From contig CP060755.1 of assembly GCA_023205875.1 (NCBI GenBank), forward strand, positions 372,001 to 436,000: a DNA stretch of 64,000 nt, in the 5' to 3' direction. Below the pieces are notes generated by a model. It was not told where the DNA came from, ran no database searches, and saw only the letters and a list, made by a program, of their open reading frames with translations. This stretch comes from Chloropicon primus (Eukaryota). The position numbers were made by a program, and so were the translations under genes. Shown piece after piece: positions 22,734-33,650 of the stretch; the stretch's first letter is position 1; each line of letters opens with the position of its first letter.

Positions 22734-24470
22734 ATGGAAGGGAAGGGTAGAGGTGGGGAGGAGGGAGAGGACGTGAGGCCCCTGACGGCGTTACCGTGCA
22801 GCTTCGAGGAGCTGAACCTGCCGCCCTGGCTCTGCGCTTGCCTGAAAGGGGAGGAGAACGTCGTCGGCGCAGGCAAGGGAAGAAGGGGGGGAGAAGGCAA
22901 GCGGAAGGCTGGTTTCGGTTACTGCAGGCCAACGCCAGTGCAGCAGTGCGTGATCCCTCTCTGCCGGTACAATCGACATCTTGTCGTTCAAGCGAAGAGC
23001 GGGACGGGGAAGACGATTGCTTTCGCTTGCACGGCTGTTTTGAAAGCTGCTTCTGGGGGTGGAGGTGCACCTAACGCGGGGGGGTGCTGGGCCATCATCC
23101 TTGCGCCGACGAGGGAGCTCGCATTGCAGCACGAGGCGATCGTGAGGAAGATGGCCAAGTGGGCCCCGAAACCTCTCAAAGTACTGTGCTGCGTGGGCGG
23201 CCAGACAGGGAAAAAGTCCACCCACGAGAGAGAGAATGAGACCATGGCACGTATGCTGGAGGGAGCCGCGGAGAGGGGGGTGCTGTGCGCGACTCCTGGG
23301 AGACTGAGCGCCGTCCTCGCCTCGCGGAATTTTTCGAGAGAGACCACGCGTCGGATCCGATGCGTCGTTCTGGACGAGGCGGACAGGCTCATGGACGGGA
23401 ATTACGACGACCACCTCGGAGGTTTTCTGTCTTGTGTTCCAGGCAGGGCTCAGGTGCTTTGCTTCTCCGCCACGTACACGGAGAGGCTGCTTCACAGGAT
23501 TGAAAACATCACCGGGAGGACCAACTTTGTGACCCCGCAAATGAGAAGAGAAGGCGACCCCAAAGCCGAGGCTGGTGGAAACGCCGGTAGGGCCAGCGAA
23601 GGGGCAACAAGCGATGTTGGTGGGGGTGAAAGCAGTTTTGAGGGACCTCGCGAGGTGATTGAGGGCGCTGGGAGACGGGAGCATGGGGGGGATGTGGTTT
23701 ACGACGCGGGAGAATTCGATCGCGTGAGCTTGAAGCGGGTCAAGCAGTGTTACCACGAGTGTGCTGATCTTGCTGCTGCCAGCGCAGGCGCAGCTGGGAA
23801 TGGCGCCGCGCAGGACGACAGGGCTGGGGCCTTTGATCTCAAGGTGAACTGCCTCATCAAACAGGTCCTCTCTTCCCTTTCGTTTGACCAGGCCATACTG
23901 TTCTGCAATTCCAAGCCCCTGTGTCTGTTGCTTCACAAGAAGCTGGCCCAGACCGGATTCAACGGATGCTTTGTTCTCCATGGGGAAATGCCGCAGAGCC
24001 AGAGGAATCACACGATGGCGCTGATGAGGCAGCGGAAGGGCCGAGTGCTTGTTGCGACGGATCTTGTGAGCAGGGGTATTGATCTGCCCCAGGTCGATCT
24101 GGTTGTCAACATGGACCTGCCCAGGGAGGGAACCACCCTCATGCACCGAGTGGGAAGGACAGGGAGGTTCGGGAAGGAAGGAATGGCAGTGCATCTCCTT
24201 TGCCCTGGAGAACTTGGGAAGCTCTTTGATTTGTTGAAGCAGGGCGGAGCCCACAGCGCGAACCCCCAGCCCCTTTTCTCTGAACCAGCGGAGTTTAGAC
24301 CGCCTCCGGACGAGGAGGGGGGGGATGTCCGTGGTCGCCCAGAAAGCGCGGAGAAGGCCAAGCCGATGCAGACGGAGGTGGAAGACCTTCCGGAGCACGT
24401 CCAAAGGTGGCTCTGGTGGAAATGGAGATACTTGTGGTGGCAAACTGTGTGGGGACAGCGGAGGTTGTAG
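22734..24470 (+). CDS. DEAD-box RNA helicase, DDX20/Gemin3-like
   Basis: PTPVQ, VQAKSGTGKT, PTRELA, DEAD, SATY, SRGID, HRVGRTGRFG; Trp-rich C-terminus. Confidence 0.85.
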   Translation: MEGKGRGGEEGEDVRPLTALPCSFEELNLPPWLCACLKGEENVVGAGKGRRGGEGKRKAGFGYCRPTPVQQCVIPLCRYNRHLVVQAKSGTGKTIAFACTAVLKAASGGGGAPNAGGCWAIILAPTRELALQHEAIVRKMAKWAPKPLKVLCCVGGQTGKKSTHERENETMARMLEGAAERGVLCATPGRLSAVLASRNFSRETTRRIRCVVLDEADRLMDGNYDDHLGGFLSCVPGRAQVLCFSATYTERLLHRIENITGRTNFVTPQMRREGDPKAEAGGNAGRASEGATSDVGGGESSFEGPREVIEGAGRREHGGDVVYDAGEFDRVSLKRVKQCYHECADLAAASAGAAGNGAAQDDRAGAFDLKVNCLIKQVLSSLSFDQAILFCNSKPLCLLLHKKLAQTGFNGCFVLHGEMPQSQRNHTMALMRQRKGRVLVATDLVSRGIDLPQVDLVVNMDLPREGTTLMHRVGRTGRFGKEGMAVHLLCPGELGKLFDLLKQGGAHSANPQPLFSEPAEFRPPPDEEGGDVRGRPESAEKAKPMQTEVEDLPEHVQRWLWWKWRYLWWQTVWGQRRL

Positions 24471-24529
24471 CATGGAGTCATAGCCATCGCAGTAAAAGAC
24501 TTTATATTTATTATCCACTTATCGTCTGT

Positions 24530-25501
24530 CTACAGCAAGCACTCTCCTTCCACCGCCAAGCCGATCTTCTCCCTGATCTTTCGCCCCACGATGAAGATGA
24601 ATTGCAGGGTGAAGACAGCCGTGAAGACGACTAGCAGAGGACCCAATACGGGAGGAATTTTGTCCAGGAAAGGGTAAGGATACTTCCCCGTGTGGTTCTT
24701 GATGAAGTGCATCCAGGCCGTGTAGGTGAGGCCGTAAGCCCACGTCGCCTTGATCGTGTCACCGCACAAGCTCATGTTCTTCGTCGTCAGAAGGTCGATC
24801 CAAGACGTCACGCAATTGATGAGGTGAACCGAAATGTTAAGGTAGGGGGGCCTGTCCACGTTTGAGCCCTCGATGGGGTCGCTGAACTGCTGCATGACTC
24901 CGTAGTACATGAAGGTGACCACATTCGACATCGTAAATACGAGGCCTGCGAGCATTCCCGTTGCTTTGTGGAAGCGCCTGCCAACTCTCTCCTCCCCGGC
25001 AAAGTCACAAACGACTGCACAGGCATAGTAGAGAGCCTGCAGAGTGTAGGTGCAGAACGTCAAGTAGCGGAAGAAAAGCCCGTACAGCTGCCTCCCCGGG
25101 AGGTAGCTGGCCGCCGGCGTGAAGTGCCAGAACCAAACGCTGAAGGTCTGGATGAAAGCAACGACGTGGAAGACCTTTTGAAACACAGAAGCCTTTGTCG
25201 AGGTAGTCGCACTAGGCGGGGTGTTCTCTACGTAGGAAGCGCACAAACCAACCTTCCTTCCCGCCCCACTCGCGGTCGTCAGTCCTTCCCATTCCGCGCG
25301 AGACTTCCCGATCGCCTCAACCACCGGACCAGCTACCATTCGACCCCCCCTCTCCCTCGAAAGGTTGTCCAAGACAGCCTTATTGTTTCCCATTCTCAAG
25401 GCACCAGCAGACCTCGAAAGATTGTTGGCGCGTGTTGCGTTCAAGGCCCCCGGCAACACCCTCCGGGTGCTCCCTTGCCGACGCGCCATGTTCACATTCA
25501 T
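24530..25501 (-). CDS. FAR-17a/AIG1-family polytopic membrane protein
   Basis: FFRYLTF (Thr), ISVH (His), GKYPYPFL; about 6 hydrophobic segments. Confidence 0.8.
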   Translation of the reverse strand: MNVNMARRQGSTRRVLPGALNATRANNLSRSAGALRMGNNKAVLDNLSRERGGRMVAGPVVEAIGKSRAEWEGLTTASGAGRKVGLCASYVENTPPSATTSTKASVFQKVFHVVAFIQTFSVWFWHFTPAASYLPGRQLYGLFFRYLTFCTYTLQALYYACAVVCDFAGEERVGRRFHKATGMLAGLVFTMSNVVTFMYYGVMQQFSDPIEGSNVDRPPYLNISVHLINCVTSWIDLLTTKNMSLCGDTIKATWAYGLTYTAWMHFIKNHTGKYPYPFLDKIPPVLGPLLVVFTAVFTLQFIFIVGRKIREKIGLAVEGECLL

Positions 25502-26765
25502 ATCCCTCTTGCGGTGCGCACTCCCCTGGTACCCTTTTGCCCTCTCTTCGCGTCGTCCTCCCTTGGTCCACCTTGAGCTTTGGCGGCGATTCGATCTTTT
25601 TTCCAGCCATTAGGCAACACCTTTGACCTCTCTCGGCCCTTGTCGATAATTTTGACGATAGGGGATGGGTGGTCAAGATCACCCCAAACAGATCCGTGAC
25701 GGCAGATCTTGTCAAGGTCAAGTCAAGTCTTGTCAAGGAGAGGAGGGAGAGAGTGGAGTGTGAGAGAGAGGACACGATGACGATGACGATGAAGATGACG
25801 ATGGCAAGTCCTCGTGGACATGCAGACTAGACATGGATTGGAAAGGAGGACAAAAAGGGCGACGAGTGAGAGTGGCTGGGAGAATGGTTGATGCAAAGGT
25901 CTGATCACAGGCAGTCTCTCTCTTTCTCTTTCTCTTTCTGTCCCTCACTCTTTGGTGCTGAAACAAGGCAAGGCAGATCTTGTCAAGGCCTCAAGGCGCG
26001 AACATGCAAACTTTGGGAAGGAGGAAGGGGAGGAGAGAGAGGAAGCGGAGGGTGGGTGCCACAGGGATGGAGGATAGAGGATGGCGATTGGATTGTGCCC
26101 CCAAGGTGCCATCCTATCACGTAAACACCATCTCACAACATTGGGACGACCTCGTGGCGATGATGCAGACTTGGGAATGGCGAGGGCCCTGGCAAGGACG
26201 GTGGGGACGTCGCAGAGGATTCCGGAGGATTCCGAAAATTTCAAAGTCTCATCGATCGCCTTGCTGCCCAAGCAAGCGGGGTTCGTGGCAACCCAGAGAG
26301 ATCTGCTCTTGAAGAGGTGGATGAAGAATTCAGCCCCAGACTTGTTGGAGTTCCCAAGGTCGAATCTTTTCGCCGCACGAGCAAGAAGATGGCGTGCTTG
26401 ACACCTCCCCGCGATCTATCTCTCCCCCCTCCTTCCCCTCCGCATCCAAAAGCTCAATTGTGATTTTCAGCAAAGCTGATCATTGCTGGGGCTCGAAGGT
26501 GACCGACCGAAGCGAGGGTGGGTTACGTTACGCTCCCGAGCGCCTCGTGGGGCAAGAGTTTGGGGGCGACGGAGAGACGAAGCCCTTGGTCCACACACAC
26601 GCACGCACGCGCGCGCGCTCTCTTTCTCTTTCTCTCTCTCTCTTCTGTCCGCTCTGCTGGCCGCTTCGCGCTTGAGCAGATGGTTTGCGTCCAGAGAGAG
26701 CGACGGTAGGTTGGGATGGACTGGGAGGACGGGCGGGGACGGTAGCGCGGGAGAAGGTCAGACTC

Positions 26766-28169
26766 ATGAGCAGTGCGGCGTGGTGCTCGAAGCATCGTCC
26801 GCGGCGCTTGCGGGATCTGAGCGTCGCCCCGAAGAAGGTGAACCAGGTGAAGCAGTGGCTGGAGGACTTTCGCAGCAGCGAGGGTCGTACCGGCGCTGAC
26901 CCGGGCGGGGGGAAGCCTCGGGTCCTGGTGCTGACGGGCCCGACAGGTGCCGGGAAGAGCCTGACCGTGGAGCTGATCTGCCGGGAGGCTGGCACGAGGC
27001 TCCTCCAGTGGAATGCCCCGACGCCGACGCTCTGGCACGAGCACGCCTACCACAAGGACCTGGGGAACGAGTACTTTTCCAAGTTGAGAGAGTTCGAGGA
27101 GTTCCTGCGGAGGTCCACGATGCTGTCGCAGATTCCCATGGCTTCTGCGGCGGCCAGCCCGTCGATCGCTCCTGCCGGGGCCAGGGGAGGGGCGGTGGTG
27201 CTGATCGACGACCTGCCGGCCACGCACAGCTTCGACCACCACTCGAGCTTGCTGAGCCTGCTCGACAGGTTCTCGAGGACCACGAGGTTTCCCATCGTCC
27301 TTTGCCTGTCGAACTTGCACCGGATCGGGGAGAGGGACAGCCAGAGCTACTACCAGGACAGGATCGTGAAGACGCTCCAGTCGAGCGGCCTGGCCACGGT
27401 ATTGAGCTTTCCTGGCATCACGAGCGCGAGGACGCTCAAGGTGCTGGAGAGGGTGAGCGAGAGCGAGGGCTTCCTGGTGGAGGAGTCGGCGCTGAGGGGG
27501 ATAGCGGAGGCGAGCAACGGGGACGTGAGGAACGCCCTCACCTCCCTCGAGTTCTCCGTGGCGGGGGACCCGCTCCACGCTCCGGGGGCGATCAGGGCGA
27601 AGAAGAGGAAGAGGAAGAAGGGGGGGAAGAAGGACGAGGGCCCGAGCCGGCGGGACGCCCAAGTAGTCGCCTCCAGGGACCGGGAGCTCGACCTGTTCCA
27701 CGTCCTGGGGAAGATTCTGTACAACAAGAGGGCGGAGGGCGGGGAGCTGGAGAACCGGGCGGAGGACGTCATCGTCCGGTCCCACCTCGACGCGGGGGGG
27801 CTCCTGGCCTACCTGCACGAGAACTTCGTGGACTTCGTGGGCGACGACTCGATCGACGAGGCGGGGGAGATCCTCCAGTGCTTCTCGGACGCCGCCTTCC
27901 TGACGGGCGACGGCCTCGGCAACGCGGGCCTGGGCGCGAACCCCTCCTCCCTCGTGGGCGTCCTCGGCTACCAGTGCGCGAAGGGGGCGACCAAGGTCTC
28001 CCTCGGGTTCCACACCATGAGGAAGCCCGCGGCGTTCGACGTGGAGAGGGCGAGGGCGCGTGGCCGGTGCCTGCATCCGCGGGGGGGAGACGATCCCCTC
28101 GAGCCCGCGGCGGCAGATCTGCTGGGCGGCGAGGACGAGGAGGACGAGATCGAGGAAGTGGTGGATTGA
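26766..28169 (+). CDS. RAD17: Checkpoint clamp loader subunit RAD17
   Basis: WCSKHRP...VAPKKV, GPTGAGKS, LIDDLP, GDVRNA, LFHVLGKILYNKR, LHENF. Confidence 0.92.
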   Translation: MSSAAWCSKHRPRRLRDLSVAPKKVNQVKQWLEDFRSSEGRTGADPGGGKPRVLVLTGPTGAGKSLTVELICREAGTRLLQWNAPTPTLWHEHAYHKDLGNEYFSKLREFEEFLRRSTMLSQIPMASAAASPSIAPAGARGGAVVLIDDLPATHSFDHHSSLLSLLDRFSRTTRFPIVLCLSNLHRIGERDSQSYYQDRIVKTLQSSGLATVLSFPGITSARTLKVLERVSESEGFLVEESALRGIAEASNGDVRNALTSLEFSVAGDPLHAPGAIRAKKRKRKKGGKKDEGPSRRDAQVVASRDRELDLFHVLGKILYNKRAEGGELENRAEDVIVRSHLDAGGLLAYLHENFVDFVGDDSIDEAGEILQCFSDAAFLTGDGLGNAGLGANPSSLVGVLGYQCAKGATKVSLGFHTMRKPAAFDVERARARGRCLHPRGGDDPLEPAAADLLGGEDEEDEIEEVVD

Positions 28170-28549
28170 TGGATGGATGGATGGAAAGTATATACCTAAG
28201 GCATGATAATAACATGATATATATTTATGGCCTCGGTGTAATGTACGATACGATACACACAAACACACCCACAGAGCCGGTGCCAAGACTTGAAGACGTA
28301 CTCTCACTCTCCTGGGAGGACTTTCTCCTCCTCCTGCCGCCGGGAGCATCATGAGTCATGTTTACGTTTACAAACAGGTCATCATGAGCTCCTCGACTGG
28401 TCGCAGTATTTCATAAATTTTCCCCCTATTCTCCAATCTATTGGCTCAAAGAAGAAGAAAAAAAACGGACGGGGCGGGAGGGTTTTGGGTCGGGGGTTTT
28501 CTTCTTCTGGACTCGTACGCGCGCGACTGCGGTGAGGGGGAGGCGCAGG

Positions 28550-29596
28550 ATGAGCTCTCCGTCGGACGCGAGGGTGGAGGATGCGAAGCGGGAGGCGGGG
28601 GTGGTCCACCAGCTGATGCAGAGGCTCGAGCAGGAGGTGAAGGTGTTTGAGGGTGGGAAGGTGTACCTTCCCCTGGACGAGGTGAAGAGGAGCCTGGGGC
28701 ACGGGGACGAGGGCGGGGAGATGATTCAGCGGGAGATCGTGAACGTCTCTCTTGCCCTCGCGGCCGAGTACGACAAGATCAGGTGCGCGCACGAGACGCG
28801 GGGCGCGGCGGAGGGGGCCGGCGACCTCCGGGGCGTCCTCGCGAGCACGGTGGCCCTCACGAGCAGGTGGTGCGCGTACAGGGTGAGCAACGTGGCCCAG
28901 ACTCCTAACGTGGTCTCGAACGACGACTACGGCCTGGTGTACGACGTCATCGAGGCCGACTTCCCGATGGTCCACGAGTGGATGGATGTGGCCCTGTGCC
29001 CCACGGGGTACCTGAACATGTTCCAGGACCTCGACCAGTTCCAGTTCGACGCGGGGCAGAGGAGCCTGTTCAAGTTCGCCTACGGCATCCTCTCGCGGGT
29101 GGAGGAGCTCCTCGCGAGCCTCATGAACTGCGCGGGAGGGCTGGACGAGACCCTCGCCGTGCTCTACCAGAAGTACGTGGCGCCCACCAACGCCGCGGCC
29201 GGCCGGGAGGAGCCTCCGGAGACGAAGCAGGTGCAGAACACGCTCAGCAACATCACCAGAATCCAGGAGAGCATCCTGGGGGACGTGCCGTACCTGGGGT
29301 CCGCCACGCAGGGCGAGCTCATGGGCCTGATAGCGCTCAAGGTCACGAGCTACGCCACGTGCTGGCTCATGACGGAGCTGCACCTCCGGACCGTCGTCCT
29401 CTCCAAGGATGGCAGGGAGGGCCCGCCGGTGCTGAGCTCCCTGCAGTCCGCGGGGGTGATCACCCACATCGTCCACATTTCGAACAAGGTCAGGATGCAG
29501 GACTTGCTGGTGAGGACCGGGGACGCGGGGAAGTACCGGCAAGAGGGGGACCCCAATGAGGCAACGGGAAGCAGCCGGGGAATGATTGGTGCTTGA
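28550..29596 (+). CDS. Hypothetical protein, 348 aa
   Basis: Long ORF with strong GC3 coding bias; no motif recognised. Confidence 0.75.
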   Translation: MSSPSDARVEDAKREAGVVHQLMQRLEQEVKVFEGGKVYLPLDEVKRSLGHGDEGGEMIQREIVNVSLALAAEYDKIRCAHETRGAAEGAGDLRGVLASTVALTSRWCAYRVSNVAQTPNVVSNDDYGLVYDVIEADFPMVHEWMDVALCPTGYLNMFQDLDQFQFDAGQRSLFKFAYGILSRVEELLASLMNCAGGLDETLAVLYQKYVAPTNAAAGREEPPETKQVQNTLSNITRIQESILGDVPYLGSATQGELMGLIALKVTSYATCWLMTELHLRTVVLSKDGREGPPVLSSLQSAGVITHIVHISNKVRMQDLLVRTGDAGKYRQEGDPNEATGSSRGMIGA

Positions 29597-29746
29597 CGCG
29601 CTTAGACGAGGAGCACCAATTATTCTCAGCAAGGGATTTTTCATTTCCAATAACGGTTAAGAGTGTTATACAACCATATACACACACGAACACAAGCACG
29701 ACCAGACGAATGTTAGCAAGCGTTTCGCCCTCCTCTTCCTCCGTCC

Positions 29747-31507
29747 TCACAGGCCCCTGAAATCCTCGATCGAGGCGACCGAGCTGGAAAGGCCGATGCT
29801 CCCCACCAGGAGGAGACCGTCGTTTTTGCCGCCCAGGATGGACGGGCTCTGCTTCCCCTCCTCCTCCCCCTGAGAAGGTTTTTTGGAAGGTGCGGGCTTC
29901 CTTGGTTTCGTGGCCTTGCTCCAGTCAAGAAAGCACTCGACGGTCCCTTGGAGGTTCTCGACCTCGTCGTCCGAAGAATCCTCGAAACCCAAGTCCGCAG
30001 GAGAAGTCTTGCCCTTCTCCGAATCAGGCGCGGGGTCCACATCCAGGACCTGGAAAGGCAGCAATTCCTGGGGGACCTGGAAAGGCTTGGGCGGCGCGCC
30101 CGCAACCGGGTCATCGCTGGACAGGCCCCAAGCTTCCTCCATGAGCTCGTCCACAGGCGTCCGGTAGGGAACAATCGCCTTGCTTGGCGAGGAGGTCGGG
30201 GGTTGCCTTGAGCTGGCCTCCCTCGCAGAGATCTCGTTCAGAACCCTGTCTAGAGTGAAGACCTCCATGTTGACGTTTGGGTTGAGGCCCAGGGCCCTCC
30301 AGCCCCAAGAGTAGTCTAGCAAGACTTGGTCGGCAATGTCCCCCGCGCAGCAGTAGGCCTGGCCCAGCAGGGCCGTCGTGCTGCAAGCGATGCTGCCTGC
30401 CACCCTGGAAAAGGCGGTGAGTGGACTCATCCTCCCAAAGTTACTCGATGAATTGCTTCCGGTGCCCTGAGAGTTGGACTCTCCCAGCTCCTCCAGGAAC
30501 TCCTTGATCTCCGGGGGATCGCCCATGCCATCCATGGCATCCAGGTCGTCGCTCTCCGGGCCATTCTCCTCGTTGTCGCTCTCGAACCCAGAATTACTCG
30601 AGCTCGGGAGGTTCAGACCAGACACCATGGTCGCCGCCTTGACAACGTCCGAGACGGTCTGCTTCCTATTCGATTTCCTTTTCGATATGAGTGACTGGCA
30701 CAGGATCCTCCTGGCGATCGACCAGGCTTGCTCGAGCTGGGTCGAGGACAGAAACATCGGCTTGTAAGAGACTGCGCCTTTGTCTGTTTTGAGGACCACC
30801 CTCACCCCTGGCACGGAGAAAAGGGGCACCACGGACGTTTGCCGTCCCCCCAGAAGCCTTGCCGCCTCCTTCTCCCCGCTCTCCTCCTGGACGATCTTCC
30901 TGGCGCTCTCGCGCTCCGCTTCGTCGCAGGCAATCTCATAGTACGTTGGGAACTTCCGCGTGAGCTTGAAAGCCAAGGACAAAGGCAACGAGCTCACTTG
31001 GTCCGATTTTTCGTCTCTCTTCGCCACCCGCTTGGCCTTTCTCTGCCTCTCTTTCCCCTTCGAGTCGGCCGGAGTTTCGCGCATAGGCAAACACACAAGG
31101 AAGCAAGTCAGTCCGCCACGCCAGGCAATGCAGCCCACTCAGGAGAGACAGAGAGACACAGAGAGACAGAGATCAATAGGCAAACGTCTCCTCACCTTCG
31201 CAAGCCTCGGCGCCCACTCGGCGAAGCTTTGCGTCCACTGGACCCCGTTCCACCACCCCCGCCCCTTCCCCTCGCCCCGCTTCAGCTTCCTCCTCGCCCT
31301 CGAGACGACCTCTCGCCTGACTTTGCAGGCACTTTTCGCAGACTCCTTGCTCGCGAAGAACTGCAGCTTGAGTCCCCCTGCTCCTTCCCTCGTCCCGAGC
31401 GAGTCCACATTCACCGTCGCCCTGTTGAAGTGGTACAGCACCCCAAGGCACGCCACCGGGACCCTCTTCCCCTTCCTCCTCTCCTTCCCCTCCCCACCGC
31501 TCGCCAT
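29747..31507 (-). CDS. Tic22-like protein with insertions; approximate exons 31507-31196 and 30964-29747
   Basis: VVPLFSV...YKPMFLSSTQLEQAW and EVFTLDRVL resemble Tic22 blocks; phase-0 GTGAGG donor; acceptor choice uncertain. Confidence 0.5.
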
Positions 31508-31559
31508 TCCTCGTCCCACAAACTGGATAACAAACCGCTCCGCTTGTGGCGCACACTCC

Positions 31560-31560
<1 letters not shown>

Positions 31561-31599
<39 letters not shown>
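31561..31599 (+). repeat. (CGA)13 microsatellite
   Basis: Read directly. Confidence 0.9.
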
Positions 31600-31600
<1 letters not shown>

Positions 31601-31935
31601 GATGATGATGGAGAGCAGAGCGTGACGGTGAGGGAGGCACGCCGCACCGGGCCACGGGTGGGACAAGGAACTGCTTCCGCTTCCTCTGGCGAAAGAGAAC
31701 GCGAAGGACGCACGCGGGGAGGAGGAGGGACCTGGTTTGGGGATGGGATGGGATGGGAGACAGGGATAGGGATAGGGAGCCGCTGTGGAGGGGAACGGGA
31801 ACCGGGAGATGTCGTCGATTCGCGTGTGATTCCAGGAGATTGGGGGCCACGCCCACCGATGAGGCAATGTGGTGAGGCAAGGTCGGACGGTGCAAGTATT
31901 GTTTGAGGTGGTTGGGACATCTGAAACCAGCGGGG

Positions 31936-32908
31936 ATGCGTTTGGTGACGAAGGCTTCGTCGAGGGGCGGCAAAAGTCGCAAGGATCTCGTCCTGAAGTT
32001 TGCGGGGAGGGCGGAGAGGGCGGCGGAGAGGTACCAGACCAGGTGGGTGGGCAAAATGGCCCAAACCTCTTTCGTTGGCATTGGCGCACGCGTTACTGAA
32101 CGAGAGAGAGTCTTCGTCTTCTTCTACCTTGTTTCCCTTGGGCAGCGTCACCCCTTTCCTTCCGCTGGCCACGTGGAGGGACCTCGAGCAATACTTCAAG
32201 CGCAGAGCGGACGTCGCGTGCGTGGCGACGGGGGGTTACGAGGAAGCGGAGAGGAGGCTGGTGGTTTTGGGAAGGCCTGAGCTCGTGCAGGCCAAGACAG
32301 GCGTCGAACTCGGAGGAGAAGGCGAGACACGGTGGGAGGAGGATTACGTGGCTTGCTTGTCCATCAACGGGAATTTCAAGTTCGACGAGAAGAAGAGAAG
32401 CCACAGGCATGTCTTGGGCTCGATCTTAGGTTGCGGCATCGGCAGGGAGGTCGTCGGCGACGTCCTCGTTCCCCCCCAAGGCTCCTCTGTGGACGAGACA
32501 GATCTCACCATCCACGCCATCGTGTCCGCGGACATGAGCGACTTCTTGGAGCACAGCCTGACCCGGATAGGGAGGGTCCCCGTGAAATCGACCCGAGTAC
32601 CTTTGAGCGAGGTCGTCAACCTTCCGTCGTCCAACTCGGGCTCCGAGGACAATGCTGTGATGAGGACTTGCTCCAGCAGCCGGATCGACGCTGTTGCCAG
32701 CGCCAGCTTCAAGATCTCGAGGTCGAAAGTCGTCGAAGCTGTGAAGAAGGGAGAGATTCAGCTGAACTGGGAGCCGTGCACGAAGCCCGGAACCGTCGTC
32801 TCCAAAGGCGACGTCATCACATTCAGGGGAAGGGGAAGGTCTCGCATCCTTTCTCTGGAAGTGAACCGAAGAGACCGAACGGTTGTGGAATTCTGCCTCT
32901 TCACCTAA
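31936..32908 (+). CDS. YlmH/Sll1252-type S4-domain RNA-binding protein; exons 31936-32042 and 32146-32908
   Basis: TPFL, GGYEEAERR, HRHVLGSILG, RIDAVASASFKISRSK, GDVITFRGRGR; tandem TGTAA after the stop; start uncertain. Confidence 0.85.
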
Positions 32909-33050
32909 AGATCGATCATGACCGCATCGGTTGTGTAATGTAACTTCTTATTCCTTGTTGTTGCACTCTCTCTGTTGCTCTTAACTCTCCAGCAAGCTTC
33001 ACTCTCATCTCGTCGTCAGTCGAAGGCGAAGGCGAAGGCGAAGGGTGGTG

Positions 33051-33350
33051 ATGAGCTTGCCGAGGAACGGACGAAACGGTCTGAATAATCTGCTCAAGGC
33101 TGCGGACAGGGTCGGACTCGCTCTCTGCGGCGCCGCCTTGGCCGCCTACGTCATCTTTGAACCGGGCAAGGAGTAAGTCACGTCCAGGTTTCTCCACCTC
33201 AACTCGATCTCGATGGAAACGCACACTGACACACGTAGCTCTCTCTCTCTCTCTCTGCTGGTTCCGTCGGTGCCCAGAAAGCCGCTGCAGAAGGAAAAGC
33301 AGCGCAAGGCTACCGAAGCCCTCAAGGAGAGGGCGGAGAGGCGAGGGTAG
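33051..33350 (+). CDS. 64-aa single-TM microprotein, absent from the ORF track; exons 33051-33172 and 33278-33350
   Basis: MSLPRNGRNGLNNLLKAADRVGLALCGAALAAYVIFEPGKEKPLQKEKQRKATEALKERAERRG; intron GTAAGT...ACTGAC...(CT)n...CAG. Confidence 0.65.
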
Positions 33351-33393
33351 GCGCAAAGGCGTCACTCGGAGGCACGGCCTCGAGCTGAGAGAG

Positions 33394-33612
33394 ATGCCAT
33401 TGTTGGGAGGTGCGAGGGCTGGGAGCGGGGAATTCGTGTCGAGCGCCAAGGAGGACTGCACGAGCTGTCGCGTGATTGGGACCGTCGCTTGCCTCGGGAG
33501 CAGCGCCTACATTGCATTTCATACGCAGGGAAAGAAGGGTTTCCACAGATCGATCGGGGTGTTTGCCTCGACAGGCCTCATCGTCATGGGAGCTATGAGA
33601 GCCTTGACGTGA
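33394..33612 (+). CDS. DUF4536/DMAC1(TMEM261)-like small membrane protein, 72 aa
   Basis: EDCTSCRVIG CxxC followed by two short hydrophobic helices ending MGAMRA. Confidence 0.72.
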   Translation: MPLLGGARAGSGEFVSSAKEDCTSCRVIGTVACLGSSAYIAFHTQGKKGFHRSIGVFASTGLIVMGAMRALT

Positions 33613-33650
33613 GAGAGGGACAAAGGCGTTTTAGACGTTGGGAACTGAGG

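Noticed and set aside
22791..24518. 575-aa minus-strand ORF
   Set aside because: Antisense to the DEAD-box helicase; no independent signal.
26523..28354. 609-aa antisense and 448-aa alternate-frame ORFs
   Set aside because: Shadows of RAD17 in GC-rich coding DNA.
32916..33461. 181-aa minus-strand ORF over the microprotein locus
   Set aside because: Non-ATG start; all splice signals lie on the plus strand.
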